From: Candidatus Saganbacteria bacterium
GTDB lineage: Bacteria; Margulisbacteria; WOR-1; JAKLHX01
Direction: 5' to 3'
Length of the DNA: 64,000 nucleotides
NCBI GenBank assembly: GCA_026387835.1
Contig: JAPLKZ010000013.1
Location: 9,369 to 73,368, forward strand
Shown here: positions 29,139 through 38,987 of the stretch, in pieces
How the letters are laid out: each line of letters begins with the position of its first letter
Numbering within the stretch: position 1 is the stretch's first letter
Program-made: the position numbers and the translations under genes
Notes under the pieces: generated by a model
The model's input: only the letters and a program-made list of their open reading frames with translations
Databases searched by the model: none
Told to the model about the DNA's origin: nothing

Positions 29139-31687
29139 AGACACTGACGGCGCATACAGGTCTTGACGGTTTGGATGCGGTCCTTAACGGACTGCTGATA
29201 GGGGACAATGTGGTCTGGCAGGTCGACGATGTTTCGGACTATAAAAAATTCGTTCTTCCTTTCGTAAAAAGAGCCCTCACCGATAAAAAGAAAGTCGTCT
29301 ATATAAGGTTTGCCGATCATCCGCCGCTGCTCGAAAATACCGAAAAGATAACCGTCTACAAGATAGATCCTGAAAGCGGTTTTGAATCCTTCTCAACCCA
29401 GATACACAACATTGCCACAAAAGAAGGCGAAGGGACGTATTATGTCTTCGACTGCCTGTCCGATCTCCTTTCTTCATGGGCAACGGACCTCATGATCGGA
29501 AATTTCTTTCTTGTGACCTGCCCCTACCTTTACGAACTTGATACGATAGCGTACTTCAGCGTCCTGAGGAACAGCCTTTCTTTCGAGACGATAGCGCGCA
29601 TAAGGGAGACCACCCAGCTTTTGCTGGACCTTTTCAATATCAGGAACACGTATTATGTCCACCCGTTAAAAGTGTTCAACCGTTATTCCCCGACAATGTA
29701 TCTTCCGCACATCCAAAAAGGAGAAAAATTCATCCCCATCGTAAGCAGTGCAGATGCGGCGAACATATTTTCAGGAATATATAAAAAGGGCCCGGAAAGT
29801 GAAAAGAGAAAACTTGATTTCTGGGACAGGCTTTTTATCAGGGCGCAGGAATTATTCGAGAAAAAAGGCCCGAAAGAAGAACAGGAAAAGATGATCGACC
29901 AGCTTTGCAGGGTGATGATAGGCAAAGAAGAAAAGATGCTTGCTCTTGCAAAAAAGCATCTGGCGATCGACGACATTTTAAGTATCAAATCAAGGATGAT
30001 AGGAACAGGATTTATCGGAGGCAAATCGGTCGGGATGCTGCTATCCAGAAGGATCCTTTTAAGCGATCCCTCGTGCGACTGGAGGTCCCAGCTTGAGCCG
30101 CACGATTCATTTTATGTGGGTTCCGATGTCTTTTATACATATATTGTCCAGAACGGCTGGTGGCGGCTTCTCATGGAACAGAAGACACAGGGGAAATATT
30201 TTGAGGCCGCGCAGGAACTTTCGGAAAAACTGCTCAAGGGGAGGTTCCCCCAGGAGATCAAGGAACAGTTCCAGGAGATGCTGGAATATTTTGGCCAGGC
30301 CCCGATAATCGTCAGGTCGTCGAGCCTGCTGGAAGACGGGTTCGGCAATGTTTTTGCCGGAAAATACGAAAGTATCTTTTGTGCCAACCAGGGGAGTCCC
30401 GAAGAACGTTATAAGAACTTTGAAAGCTCGGTAAAAAGGATATTTTCAAGCACGATGAACAAGGACGCGCTTTTCTACAGGATGCAGAAAGGTTTGACAG
30501 AACAGGAAGAACAGATGGCGCTCCTTGTGCAAAGGGTGTCAGGCTCGACAAAGAAACATTATTTCTTCCCGGACACCGCAGGGGTGGGCATCTCTCACAA
30601 TATATTCATCTGGAACAAGGATATGGACCCGAAAGCGGGAATGCTGAGACTGGTTTTCGGCCTGGGGACCAGGGCGGTCAACAGGGTTGAAGATGATTAT
30701 CCGAGGATAGTAGCGCTCGACGACCCCTTGTCGAGGCCGATAGCCGGCATAGAGGAGGCAAGAAAATACTCGCAGCACAAGATAGACCTTCTTGATATCT
30801 CAAAGAATTCACTTGAAACCCTTGAAATATCCGATGTGCTTTCGGAAGGGATAGATTTTGACATGGGGCTAATCGCGGAGCATGACGGTACTACGAACGG
30901 ATCGTGGATATTGTCTTTTGATCCTTTTCTCAGGACAACGGAGTTTGCCGGTACAATGCAAAAGATGATGAAATTCCTTGAAGCCCAGTATAAGCATCCG
31001 GTAGATATAGAATTCACGGCAAATTTCACGAAAGACCGCGGTCTACAGATAAACCTTCTTCAATGCAGGCCTTTGCAGGCAAAAAGCGGGGAGGTGAAGA
31101 TAGATATTCCGGAAGATATTGATAAATCCATGAAAGTCTTTTCTTCGGAGGGCGGTTTCATGGGCGGCAGCATATCAAGGTCTTTGAGAAGGCTTATATA
31201 TGTAGATGCAAAGCTGTACAGCGAGCTTACACAGTCTGCAAGATACGATATTGCCCGCGCGATCGGGAAACTGAACCACCTGATAAACGCAAAGGAAGAA
31301 CTTCCGACGATCATAATAGGGCCGGGACGATGGGGGACGACGACCCCTTCGATGGGAATACCCGTCAGTTTTTCAGAGATCAACAACGCAAGCTGCCTGG
31401 TCGAGGTGTCTTTCAGGACAGCGAACCTTATCCCGGAGGTGTCTTTCGGGACCCATTTTTTCCAGGACCTGGTAGAGGGCGATATCTTTTACTCCGCCCT
31501 GTTCACTGAAAATAAAGATGTTTTGTTGAATTCGGACCTGGTCATGTCTTTTTCAAACAAGCTTTCCGGATTGCTGCCTGAATACGGGAAATATCAGGAC
31601 GTCATCAGGGTCTGTGATTTTGAGGATAATAAACTGATGCTGGCAGCGGATGTCATTTCACAGAAGGTCGTCTGTTTTATAAAATAA
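29135..31687 (+). CDS. Pseudo-KaiC/RecA-like N-domain fused to a PEP-utilising-enzyme nucleotide-binding (PPDK_N, ATP-grasp) domain
   Basis: 850 aa. The N-terminus HTGLDGLDAVLNGLLIGDNVVW resembles the KaiC/RadA lead-in but has no Walker A. Residues about 300-650 carry PPDK_N hallmarks (IGTGFIGGKSVGM; IIVRSSSLLEDGFGNVFAGKYES). No phospho-His swivel or PEP/pyruvate TIM domain is present. ATGA overlap with the gltD stop. Confidence 0.6.
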   Translation: MKTLTAHTGLDGLDAVLNGLLIGDNVVWQVDDVSDYKKFVLPFVKRALTDKKKVVYIRFADHPPLLENTEKITVYKIDPESGFESFSTQIHNIATKEGEGTYYVFDCLSDLLSSWATDLMIGNFFLVTCPYLYELDTIAYFSVLRNSLSFETIARIRETTQLLLDLFNIRNTYYVHPLKVFNRYSPTMYLPHIQKGEKFIPIVSSADAANIFSGIYKKGPESEKRKLDFWDRLFIRAQELFEKKGPKEEQEKMIDQLCRVMIGKEEKMLALAKKHLAIDDILSIKSRMIGTGFIGGKSVGMLLSRRILLSDPSCDWRSQLEPHDSFYVGSDVFYTYIVQNGWWRLLMEQKTQGKYFEAAQELSEKLLKGRFPQEIKEQFQEMLEYFGQAPIIVRSSSLLEDGFGNVFAGKYESIFCANQGSPEERYKNFESSVKRIFSSTMNKDALFYRMQKGLTEQEEQMALLVQRVSGSTKKHYFFPDTAGVGISHNIFIWNKDMDPKAGMLRLVFGLGTRAVNRVEDDYPRIVALDDPLSRPIAGIEEARKYSQHKIDLLDISKNSLETLEISDVLSEGIDFDMGLIAEHDGTTNGSWILSFDPFLRTTEFAGTMQKMMKFLEAQYKHPVDIEFTANFTKDRGLQINLLQCRPLQAKSGEVKIDIPEDIDKSMKVFSSEGGFMGGSISRSLRRLIYVDAKLYSELTQSARYDIARAIGKLNHLINAKEELPTIIIGPGRWGTTTPSMGIPVSFSEINNASCLVEVSFRTANLIPEVSFGTHFFQDLVEGDIFYSALFTENKDVLLNSDLVMSFSNKLSGLLPEYGKYQDVIRVCDFEDNKLMLAADVISQKVVCFIK

Positions 31688-31724
31688 ACGCAGCTCATCT
31701 TTTAAACTTAAATCATCAATTCTT

Positions 31725-31741
31725 GAAAGCGGTGCGCTTTC
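31725..31741 (+). terminator. Short hairpin (GAAAGCG-GTG-CGCTTTC) downstream of the gltBD-linked operon
   Basis: A 7-bp perfect stem, but no clear U-tract. Confidence 0.3.
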
Positions 31742-31762
31742 ACGATATACTTAAAAATATCC

Positions 31763-31834
31763 GGGCCCATAGCTCAATGGTGGAGCAATCGGCTCATAAC
31801 CGACAGGTTCTAGGTTCGAATCCTAGTGGGCCCA
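31763..31834 (+). tRNA. tRNA with CAU anticodon (tRNA-Met elongator; tRNA-Ile2/lysidine cannot be excluded)
   Basis: A cloverleaf folds by hand: acceptor GGGCCCA/TGGGCCC, D-stem GCTC/GAGC, anticodon loop CTCATAA, T-arm CTAGG-TTCGAAT-CCTAG. 72 nt, no encoded CCA. Confidence 0.85.
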
Positions 31835-31843
31835 TCTATTATT

Positions 31844-32509
31844 ATGAATATCCCCATCTTATATGAAGACGAGCAGATCATTGCTGTCGATAAACCTCCG
31901 CGCGTTTCGACGATCCCTAATACTTCCACACCCAGGGAAGAATCACTTGTAGGCATGCTTGAGGAACGGTTTGAAAGGAAGTTTTTTGTAGTCCACCGGC
32001 TGGATAAGGATACTTCCGGTGTAATTGTCTTTGCTTTGGATCCAGCTACGCATAGGGACTTGAATATCCAGTTTGAACAGCAGAAAGTAGAAAAAAAATA
32101 TATCGGTATTGTGGAAGGCAAAACGGATTTTGTTGAAAAGAAAATTTCGATCCCAATCTCAAAAAGCAAGATCGGATCAAAAAAGGTCGCTCTTTCAAGC
32201 AAGGGGTTCGAGGCGATAACTATCGTAAAGACATTAAAAAATCTAAAAGGTTATTCAATAGTTGAAATACGGCCTGTGACAGGCAAAAGGCACCAGATAA
32301 GGCTTCATCTGAAAGCTATCGGTCACCCGCTCGCGATAGACGAGCTTTACGGCAGGAAAGAACCCATCATTATAAACGGGAAGATCGTTTTAGACAGAAT
32401 GCCTTTGCACGCGTCTGAAATATCGTTCGTCCATCCGGGCAGACAGGAAAAGATCACCATCAGCTCGGAAATTCCTCAGGATATGAACGGTTTTATAAGT
32501 TCGCTTTAA
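31844..32509 (+). CDS. RluA-family pseudouridine synthase
   Basis: Contains HRLDKDTSGVIVFA (catalytic Asp motif) and GKRHQIRLHL. The start is taken at the internal ATG 9 nt after the tRNA, because the longer ORF would overlap the tRNA. Confidence 0.8.
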   Translation: MNIPILYEDEQIIAVDKPPRVSTIPNTSTPREESLVGMLEERFERKFFVVHRLDKDTSGVIVFALDPATHRDLNIQFEQQKVEKKYIGIVEGKTDFVEKKISIPISKSKIGSKKVALSSKGFEAITIVKTLKNLKGYSIVEIRPVTGKRHQIRLHLKAIGHPLAIDELYGRKEPIIINGKIVLDRMPLHASEISFVHPGRQEKITISSEIPQDMNGFISSL

Positions 32510-32529
32510 AAATGTTATTATAGAATATT

Positions 32530-33126
32530 ATGACAAAAGATATCTGGAAACCAGGAACGATGGTCTATCCGCTGCCCGCGGTCATGGTAACCTGCGGCGA
32601 GTACAGGAAGGGCGGGACCACGGAGAACTCCAACATAATTACGCTTTCCTGGGTCGGGACCGTGTGTACTGATCCCGCAATGGTATCTATCTCAATAAGG
32701 CCCGAAAGATATTCGCATGCGATCATCGAAAAATCAGGCGAGTTCGTGATCAACCTGACAACAAGGGGGCTTGCTTTTGCGACTGACTATTGCGGGATGA
32801 GGTCCGGAAGGAACGAGGACAAGTTCCAGAAAATGAAACTGACGCCTCTCGAAGCAAGGACCGTGAGCGCGCCGCTGATAAAGGAAAGCCCGGTGAATAT
32901 CGAGTGCAAGGTCACAGAGATCAAAAAACTCGGTAGCCACGATATGTTCCTTGCCGAAGTGATCTGCATACATGCCGACAGAAACTTCATCGACAAAAAA
33001 GGTGTCTTTGACATGGAAGAAGCGGACCTCATCTGCTACAGCCACGGAAAATATTTCGCAATGGGTAAATATCTCGGCCATTTCGGGTTCTCGGTGGGGA
33101 AGAAAAAAAGACTTAAAGACAAATAA
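32530..33126 (+). CDS. Flavin reductase-like (FMN-binding split-barrel) protein
   Basis: 198 aa with the pattern ...PLPAVMVTCGE...NIITLSWVG...SISIRPERYSH..., typical of this fold. Confidence 0.75.
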   Translation: MTKDIWKPGTMVYPLPAVMVTCGEYRKGGTTENSNIITLSWVGTVCTDPAMVSISIRPERYSHAIIEKSGEFVINLTTRGLAFATDYCGMRSGRNEDKFQKMKLTPLEARTVSAPLIKESPVNIECKVTEIKKLGSHDMFLAEVICIHADRNFIDKKGVFDMEEADLICYSHGKYFAMGKYLGHFGFSVGKKKRLKDK

Positions 33127-33179
33127 GACATCAAGCGTGCAGGCGTTCTTCAGCATTCATAATGTTATAATCTATCCAA

Positions 33180-35891
33180 ATGTCCCGGAAAATACTGATA
33201 CCGGTCTTTATCTTCATTCTGTTAGTATCTTTCATCTCCGTATCCCACGCATGGTCTGACTGGAGAACATACAAAACAAAACATTTTACCGTGTTCTACA
33301 AGCCGGGGCTCGAAGACAAAGCGTGGAAAATACTTCAATCCCTTGAATATTACAGGACTAAAGTGGAAAGCCTGGCGGGGAACACCTGCCTGAACACAAA
33401 TATTATAGTCCAGGACGTCGGGAACCTCGTCAACGGATATACCGAACCGGCATTGAACAGGATCGAACTCAATATCAAGTCACCGTCCGAAGGGCAGCTG
33501 CAGCTGAACCAGGACTGGTTCTCAACACTTACAGTGCATGAGTACACGCACATGGCTGAGATATCCAACGTCAGCGGATTATTCAAGATATTAACGGACG
33601 TATTCGGCCCGGCTTTATACCCTAACGCGATATTTCCCCTGTGGGGGCTTGAAGGCATAGCCGTGTACAGCGAATCAAATTACAGCCCGTATTCAGGGAG
33701 GCTGAACGACGGTTTTTTTGACGCCTATGTGATGTCGAGGGCAAAGGAAGGTGATTTTCCTTCGATCGAAGAAGCGACGTTCATGCCTGTCGATTATCCC
33801 TGGCACGGCGGTGCATATATGTACGGCAGCGAGTTCTACAGGTTTCTCTCACAAAAATACGGGCAGGACAGCCTGACAAAATTCTTTAAATATTACGGCG
33901 GCAGCATACCGGTCCTGCAGATCGGGACTACCGCAAGGGCGGCTTTCGGAAAGAACTTTCCGCACCTGTGGGAAGACTGGAAAGAATATGAAAAAGAAAA
34001 AGCAAAAAATTTCAAAGTCGACGGGGACCGGTTCACACAGCACGGCTGGATAATAAAAAACCCGGTCATCGAGAGCGGCAAACTTTATTTTTCACGCGGA
34101 TACCCGGTAAAGACGGCTGCTTTTACAAGCTATTGGTTTTCCCAGATAATCGAAAAAGATCTGGACACGGGACAGGAAAAGGTGATTGCGAGCTCAGCAC
34201 CATACAGAGGTATTCTTTCAAAAGTGATGATAGGAGACCTGCTCAAGATAAAAAACGGTATGCTCTATTATTCCGAGGAAGACAAGATGCCGGGGTTCAG
34301 CAACGAATCTCTCGGAGGAAAAGGGTTCGTCAACAAGATCCATGCCAAAGACCTGAAGACCGGCAAGACAAGCGTACTGTTCGAAGATGATATCAGGGAC
34401 CTTGAAGTGCTTGAGGACGGCAATATTATATATTCTAAGGACAGGGAAGATCCTTTTGGTTCGCAATTGATCGTCTTTGACAGGAAAACCTTAAAAAATT
34501 CGGTCCTGATGCAGACAGATCTTTTGATTGACAGGATGATCGCTAAAAGCGGCGACCTATATGTCTGCGCGAGGAAGGACCTTGAGAACTTCGGCATCTA
34601 CAAGATCGGTCTTGATTCAAAAAAGATATCAGAAATAGTGCAGACCCCTTATTTCGAGGGCGGGCATTCACTTAACGGTAATAATCTATTTTTCAGTTCA
34701 AATTATGGAGGGAAATATAACCTGTACAGCTACAATATAGGATCACAAATAATTTCTAAGGTCTCAAGCGGCGGATATGAAGAACATCCGGTCTATGATG
34801 AGAAGAACAACAAGTTATATTTTATCGGTGTTACCGGTGACGGCTACGACATTTTTAAAAAGAACATGGAAAGCTTCAAATTCGTTCCTCCCATGGCCGT
34901 CAGAGAAGACAAGGCCGATCTCACACTTAAGAAAGAAGATGTCAAACAGGGGGATTATTCAGACAATATCAATTCGCTGTTCCCGCCTTACACAAGAATT
35001 CCTATGCTCTTGTTTGACGGCTCTTCAGCGCAAAGCGGGCTTTTCTTCACCGGGCAGGACGCGATAGGCAATTTTCCATATAAAGCCCTGGCTCTTTATG
35101 ACAGCGGAAAGAAAAAAATGGTATTAAGCACCAGTGTCCAGACCAACTTTTTCTCGCCTGCGATCGCTTCGATAGGATACGCTGACGACACGACCTCCCA
35201 GATCAGCGGCCAGGTCGTTTATCCTTTGATAGATAAAATAGCAATGGGTCTGTCTTCGTTTGATCTCGGCCTTTACGGCAGCTCTTTCGATAACTATTCA
35301 AGAAAGATGGTCGAGCCTTTTTTATCAGCCGGATTTAACCTTCCGAACACGATATTTAATGTTTCATCCGGTATCATGTTTGAACGCCTCAGGTTAGGGT
35401 CCTCTATTTCCAGGACAGGCTATATCGGAAGGCTTGATATCTCGGCATTTTTCCTGCACAACGGCCTGGACGCGTCCGCGGTCGCCATTTATGATCCCGA
35501 TAACCCGTCCGACGTGTTCCCGCAGATAAGGGGTTATCAGGCGGCGCTTACGGACAAGAGCGGCATGATCTTGTCGGCAGAGATAAACAGGCGGCTGTTG
35601 AAAATAAGGCAGGGCTGGTGGTCGAAAGGCCTGTATTTTGAGGACCTGTGCGGGCTTGTTTTCATTGACGGAGCTTCATCCACAGCCGGCAATTCCCAGC
35701 TTTCGGCAGGGGCGGAACTGCATCTTGAAATGAAGTCTATCGTGAACGTGGATCTCGGGCTCAGGTATTCCTATAACAAAGAGAACCAGTCGGGGTGGGC
35801 GGCGCTGATAAAAGTATACCTGCCGTTCAATATTGATATGGACGGCAAGAGGCCTGTTTCTGACAGATTGATCAGCCGGAACCGTTTTTAA
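33180..35891 (+). CDS. Large secreted protein with an HExxH metallopeptidase-like N-domain, a beta-propeller (TolB-like) middle and a probable C-terminal outer-membrane beta-barrel
   Basis: Signal peptide; HEYTHM zincin motif; repeated hydrophobic/Gly blade-like segments; the C-terminus has an alternating amphipathic pattern and ends in Phe (…SRNRF). Confidence 0.5.
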   Translation: MSRKILIPVFIFILLVSFISVSHAWSDWRTYKTKHFTVFYKPGLEDKAWKILQSLEYYRTKVESLAGNTCLNTNIIVQDVGNLVNGYTEPALNRIELNIKSPSEGQLQLNQDWFSTLTVHEYTHMAEISNVSGLFKILTDVFGPALYPNAIFPLWGLEGIAVYSESNYSPYSGRLNDGFFDAYVMSRAKEGDFPSIEEATFMPVDYPWHGGAYMYGSEFYRFLSQKYGQDSLTKFFKYYGGSIPVLQIGTTARAAFGKNFPHLWEDWKEYEKEKAKNFKVDGDRFTQHGWIIKNPVIESGKLYFSRGYPVKTAAFTSYWFSQIIEKDLDTGQEKVIASSAPYRGILSKVMIGDLLKIKNGMLYYSEEDKMPGFSNESLGGKGFVNKIHAKDLKTGKTSVLFEDDIRDLEVLEDGNIIYSKDREDPFGSQLIVFDRKTLKNSVLMQTDLLIDRMIAKSGDLYVCARKDLENFGIYKIGLDSKKISEIVQTPYFEGGHSLNGNNLFFSSNYGGKYNLYSYNIGSQIISKVSSGGYEEHPVYDEKNNKLYFIGVTGDGYDIFKKNMESFKFVPPMAVREDKADLTLKKEDVKQGDYSDNINSLFPPYTRIPMLLFDGSSAQSGLFFTGQDAIGNFPYKALALYDSGKKKMVLSTSVQTNFFSPAIASIGYADDTTSQISGQVVYPLIDKIAMGLSSFDLGLYGSSFDNYSRKMVEPFLSAGFNLPNTIFNVSSGIMFERLRLGSSISRTGYIGRLDISAFFLHNGLDASAVAIYDPDNPSDVFPQIRGYQAALTDKSGMILSAEINRRLLKIRQGWWSKGLYFEDLCGLVFIDGASSTAGNSQLSAGAELHLEMKSIVNVDLGLRYSYNKENQSGWAALIKVYLPFNIDMDGKRPVSDRLISRNRF

Positions 35892-35920
35892 TCGCGAATA
35901 TTTATGATAACATAATCGGT

Positions 35921-37432
35921 ATGGAACTTGATGTAGAGAGACCGGAGACCTGGCCTAACCTGAAAAAGTTCTCGCGGTTCGAGAGAAAGACCTGGATCAT
36001 TTCAAAGATGCCGCTGATACTTCGCACGATCGAAAGATACATTTCCGCTTCCGTCGATTACAGGGACAACTCCCCGTGGGATACTATCGGCTTCATCTGC
36101 CTTGACGACGGGCTTTACAAAGAAGCCGAGCATATCTATGACGATATGATAAAAAGGTCCCATCACAGGGAGACTGTCCTGAACCATCTTCTTTATTGCC
36201 GCGGGATATCCAAATTCCTGCAGGGAAAGTTCAAGAACGCGCTAGAGGATTTCAAGCAGTCAAATCACATGGCGCACATTTACAAGCAGAAAGACCTTGG
36301 CGCTGCAAGGGCTTTGATGTATATGGAAGATACTATTTTCCCGATGATAGACATGGTCTCAAGATCAAAGGAAAAACTGCGCAATGACCTCAACGTGGTG
36401 CCTTTTCTGGATAAAGCAGTCGGCGCAAATATCCTGAAGACCCTCCATAAATGGAATTCCTGCTCGCCGTTGTTTTCAACGGGAGTGAGCCAGGGCGGCG
36501 GTTACCTTCTGACGCTCAAGAACCATCTCGGAGCCGTAAAGTCGATAGCCATAGACCCGGGATACGAGTTTTTGGAGATATTTAAAGACCTTGACCTGTC
36601 TATCGTGGACCTTGACGCGATAATCGCGACGCATGACCACGACGACCATACCGAGTCGATAGAAGCGATCCTTTCCCTTCTGGCAAAGCACAATGACCAT
36701 GTTCCGCAGAGCAGGGCGAAGACCCTTGATGTATTCGGCTCTCCCGGGGTGATGCTCAAATATCAGGGACTTTTCAATGCGCTTGACCCCTGGGGTAACA
36801 GGGAGATAAATTTCAAACTGTTAGTTCCCGGGGCGACGATCGACCATGTCGGGACCGTATCGCTCAAGGAAAAATACGGGTGCACGGTCCATGTCAAGCA
36901 GGCTTTCCACGAGGAGCTCTGGACTCACGAGGAATCAGCGGTAGGCCTCGTGATCGAAACGAATATCGAGGATAAAGCAGGTCATCCGGTATGCGTGGGC
37001 GTGACGGGCGATTCGCGATATGAAAAAGGACTCGGAGAACAGTATAAAGGCTGCCAGGTGCTTTTGTTCAACATCGGCTCGCTTGAAAAAGAGGAAGGAA
37101 AACTTCTGGACCAGCATCTGGGCCTCATAGGTTCAATTAACGTTATTAAAGAAGCAAAACCAAAGGTCGCCGTCCTGACCGAGTTCGGTGAGGAGTTCAG
37201 CGGGAAACGCGCCACGGTCGCTTCGGTCATAGAGGAATGGGCAGCTCCGATGGAGGGAGTGATCGCAGAAGACGAATTTAAAGTGATCCCCGCAGACATG
37301 CATTTTGAGATAAGATTGACGGACCTGTACGTGAAAGAGACCTCGTCCCATGTATTCCTGCCGTACAAGATGATAGAAGTGGAAGAGTCAGGATCTGACA
37401 GTATCATGTACAATATGAAAGAAAAAAGATAG
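35921..37432 (+). CDS. Metallo-beta-lactamase-fold hydrolase with an N-terminal helical extension (about 190 aa)
   Basis: MBL motif IIATHDHDDHTES (HxHxDH) with downstream His/Asp ligands. Paralogous to the 40560..42044 ORF. Confidence 0.6.
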   Translation: MELDVERPETWPNLKKFSRFERKTWIISKMPLILRTIERYISASVDYRDNSPWDTIGFICLDDGLYKEAEHIYDDMIKRSHHRETVLNHLLYCRGISKFLQGKFKNALEDFKQSNHMAHIYKQKDLGAARALMYMEDTIFPMIDMVSRSKEKLRNDLNVVPFLDKAVGANILKTLHKWNSCSPLFSTGVSQGGGYLLTLKNHLGAVKSIAIDPGYEFLEIFKDLDLSIVDLDAIIATHDHDDHTESIEAILSLLAKHNDHVPQSRAKTLDVFGSPGVMLKYQGLFNALDPWGNREINFKLLVPGATIDHVGTVSLKEKYGCTVHVKQAFHEELWTHEESAVGLVIETNIEDKAGHPVCVGVTGDSRYEKGLGEQYKGCQVLLFNIGSLEKEEGKLLDQHLGLIGSINVIKEAKPKVAVLTEFGEEFSGKRATVASVIEEWAAPMEGVIAEDEFKVIPADMHFEIRLTDLYVKETSSHVFLPYKMIEVEESGSDSIMYNMKEKR

Positions 37433-37442
37433 CCGATACCGG

Positions 37443-38987
37443 TCAGTATTTGAACTTGAATTCGATCGCCTTTGTCCTATCTGTTACGTTATAGATATCG
37501 GTAACGCTGTCCTGCGTCAGTTTTTTAAGCTTGGACCTTTCTACCAACAGCTTTATCCCAAAGTTAGTAATGAAAATCTTTTCCGGAGAGCCGGTATTGA
37601 CACAGTCATCTGCAATGTTCCTACGGATATTTATAAGGTCCCCCCAATTATCTTTCACCGTCCGGTAGAAATTTGCGAACTTGTCTACCCCAACCGCGCA
37701 CTGATGTGTATATTGCTGCATGCCAAGGATCTTTTTTGTGTCGGGGAAGAACTTGCCGCCGGTCCTTTTTGCCATCCTGCTGCTTATCAGGATGTCTTCT
37801 TCGCTTGGCGAAAGAGGCGCTATTGCCTTGACGAATTTATTGGCGACGATCGCGTCTTTAGGCATCAAAGAAAGCTCTTTATCGTCAAGGGGTATGTCGA
37901 AATATAATTTATAATAAGCGCTTTCAATATCTTGTAACAGATCGTCTCTTGAGGGGTCTTTTGTAAAATCATAGTAAGCCTTATATTTCCAGAAGCCTTC
38001 GCTTGACGCTACGCACGAGTCGAAATCTTCGCCGGGCTGCACGAGAAGACCGACCGTCTCTTTTATGAACTTCAGCTCTTCCATCATAAGGTCGCCGCTG
38101 GTGTGGATCAGTTCGGGGAACATGGTCTTTTTATCTTTAGAGATCATTAGCGCGTATTTTCCGAAAGTGTTGCTTCCCCATCCTGCTTCAATGATCTTTC
38201 CTGAATCATCCTTTTTGACCTTAAAATACTCGAAATTCCTGTCGTCGCTTTTTTTACTTAAGTCCTGCTCAACCGCTTCCGGTACCGGGATAAAAACACC
38301 TTTTGGATTTCTATACACATATTCACCGTCTTTAAAGATTATCAAAGAGCCCATGGGGATTTCCGTGGTGTCACGGTAAGTAGGGGAGTGGTAATCAATG
38401 ACTTTCTTGAAGACATAGAAAGTTCCTGTTGTTGTAGGATATGCCTGATTATCGTCAAAATATGGCAGACCTTTTTCGTCCCTTCCCTGCATCGGATACA
38501 TCTTATTTTCCGGGCCGGGCACAAAATACATTTTACCAAAAGGGGAACCTTTATATCTTATTAACAAAATTTCGGAACCCGGATATAACTCTACGGTGCA
38601 AGCATTCTTCTCGGACAGTTTCTTTGCTATATCTTCAACGTCCGACTCGTATTGTATAAGTTCCACAAGATAGGGAGTCGAAGAAAAAATGCCGTTGTCG
38701 ATCTTTTGCGGGTAAGGCTTTATCGTTATTCTGCTTCCGACTGGCAGCAATTTATAAAGCATCCAGCTGTTATACGGCGACAAATGCATGCAGCCATGGC
38801 TCTTGTAAAGATACCCGAGCATATTATTGAAAAGGATATGAAAATTATAATTATTCAGAGAGGCAGTGCAAGTAAAAATGTATTCATCGTCATCAGCGGT
38901 TACGACACGGCACAATATAAAGGAACTTACGATCAGCAACAGGGATATTGTTGCGATCATTTTTTTCATCATTATCGGTCTCCTCAT
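37443..38987 (-). CDS. Secreted YkuD-like (L,D-transpeptidase catalytic motif) protein with a roughly 400-aa C-terminal extension; paralog A
   Basis: Signal peptide; FHILFNNMLGYLYKSHGCMHLSPYNSWMLYKLLPVGSRITI matches the YkuD pattern H-x15-SHGC(I/V)R…L(Y)…VxxGTxVxI. The start is taken at the ATG that gives an ATGA overlap with the upstream paralog. Confidence 0.5.
   Translation of the reverse strand: MRRPIMMKKMIATISLLLIVSSFILCRVVTADDDEYIFTCTASLNNYNFHILFNNMLGYLYKSHGCMHLSPYNSWMLYKLLPVGSRITIKPYPQKIDNGIFSSTPYLVELIQYESDVEDIAKKLSEKNACTVELYPGSEILLIRYKGSPFGKMYFVPGPENKMYPMQGRDEKGLPYFDDNQAYPTTTGTFYVFKKVIDYHSPTYRDTTEIPMGSLIIFKDGEYVYRNPKGVFIPVPEAVEQDLSKKSDDRNFEYFKVKKDDSGKIIEAGWGSNTFGKYALMISKDKKTMFPELIHTSGDLMMEELKFIKETVGLLVQPGEDFDSCVASSEGFWKYKAYYDFTKDPSRDDLLQDIESAYYKLYFDIPLDDKELSLMPKDAIVANKFVKAIAPLSPSEEDILISSRMAKRTGGKFFPDTKKILGMQQYTHQCAVGVDKFANFYRTVKDNWGDLINIRRNIADDCVNTGSPEKIFITNFGIKLLVERSKLKKLTQDSVTDIYNVTDRTKAIEFKFKY

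Noticed and set aside
31826-31843. Longer RluA ORF start (MGPSIIM…) from the ORF track
   Set aside because: It would overlap the last 9 nt of tRNA-Met. The internal ATG at 31844 is more plausible.
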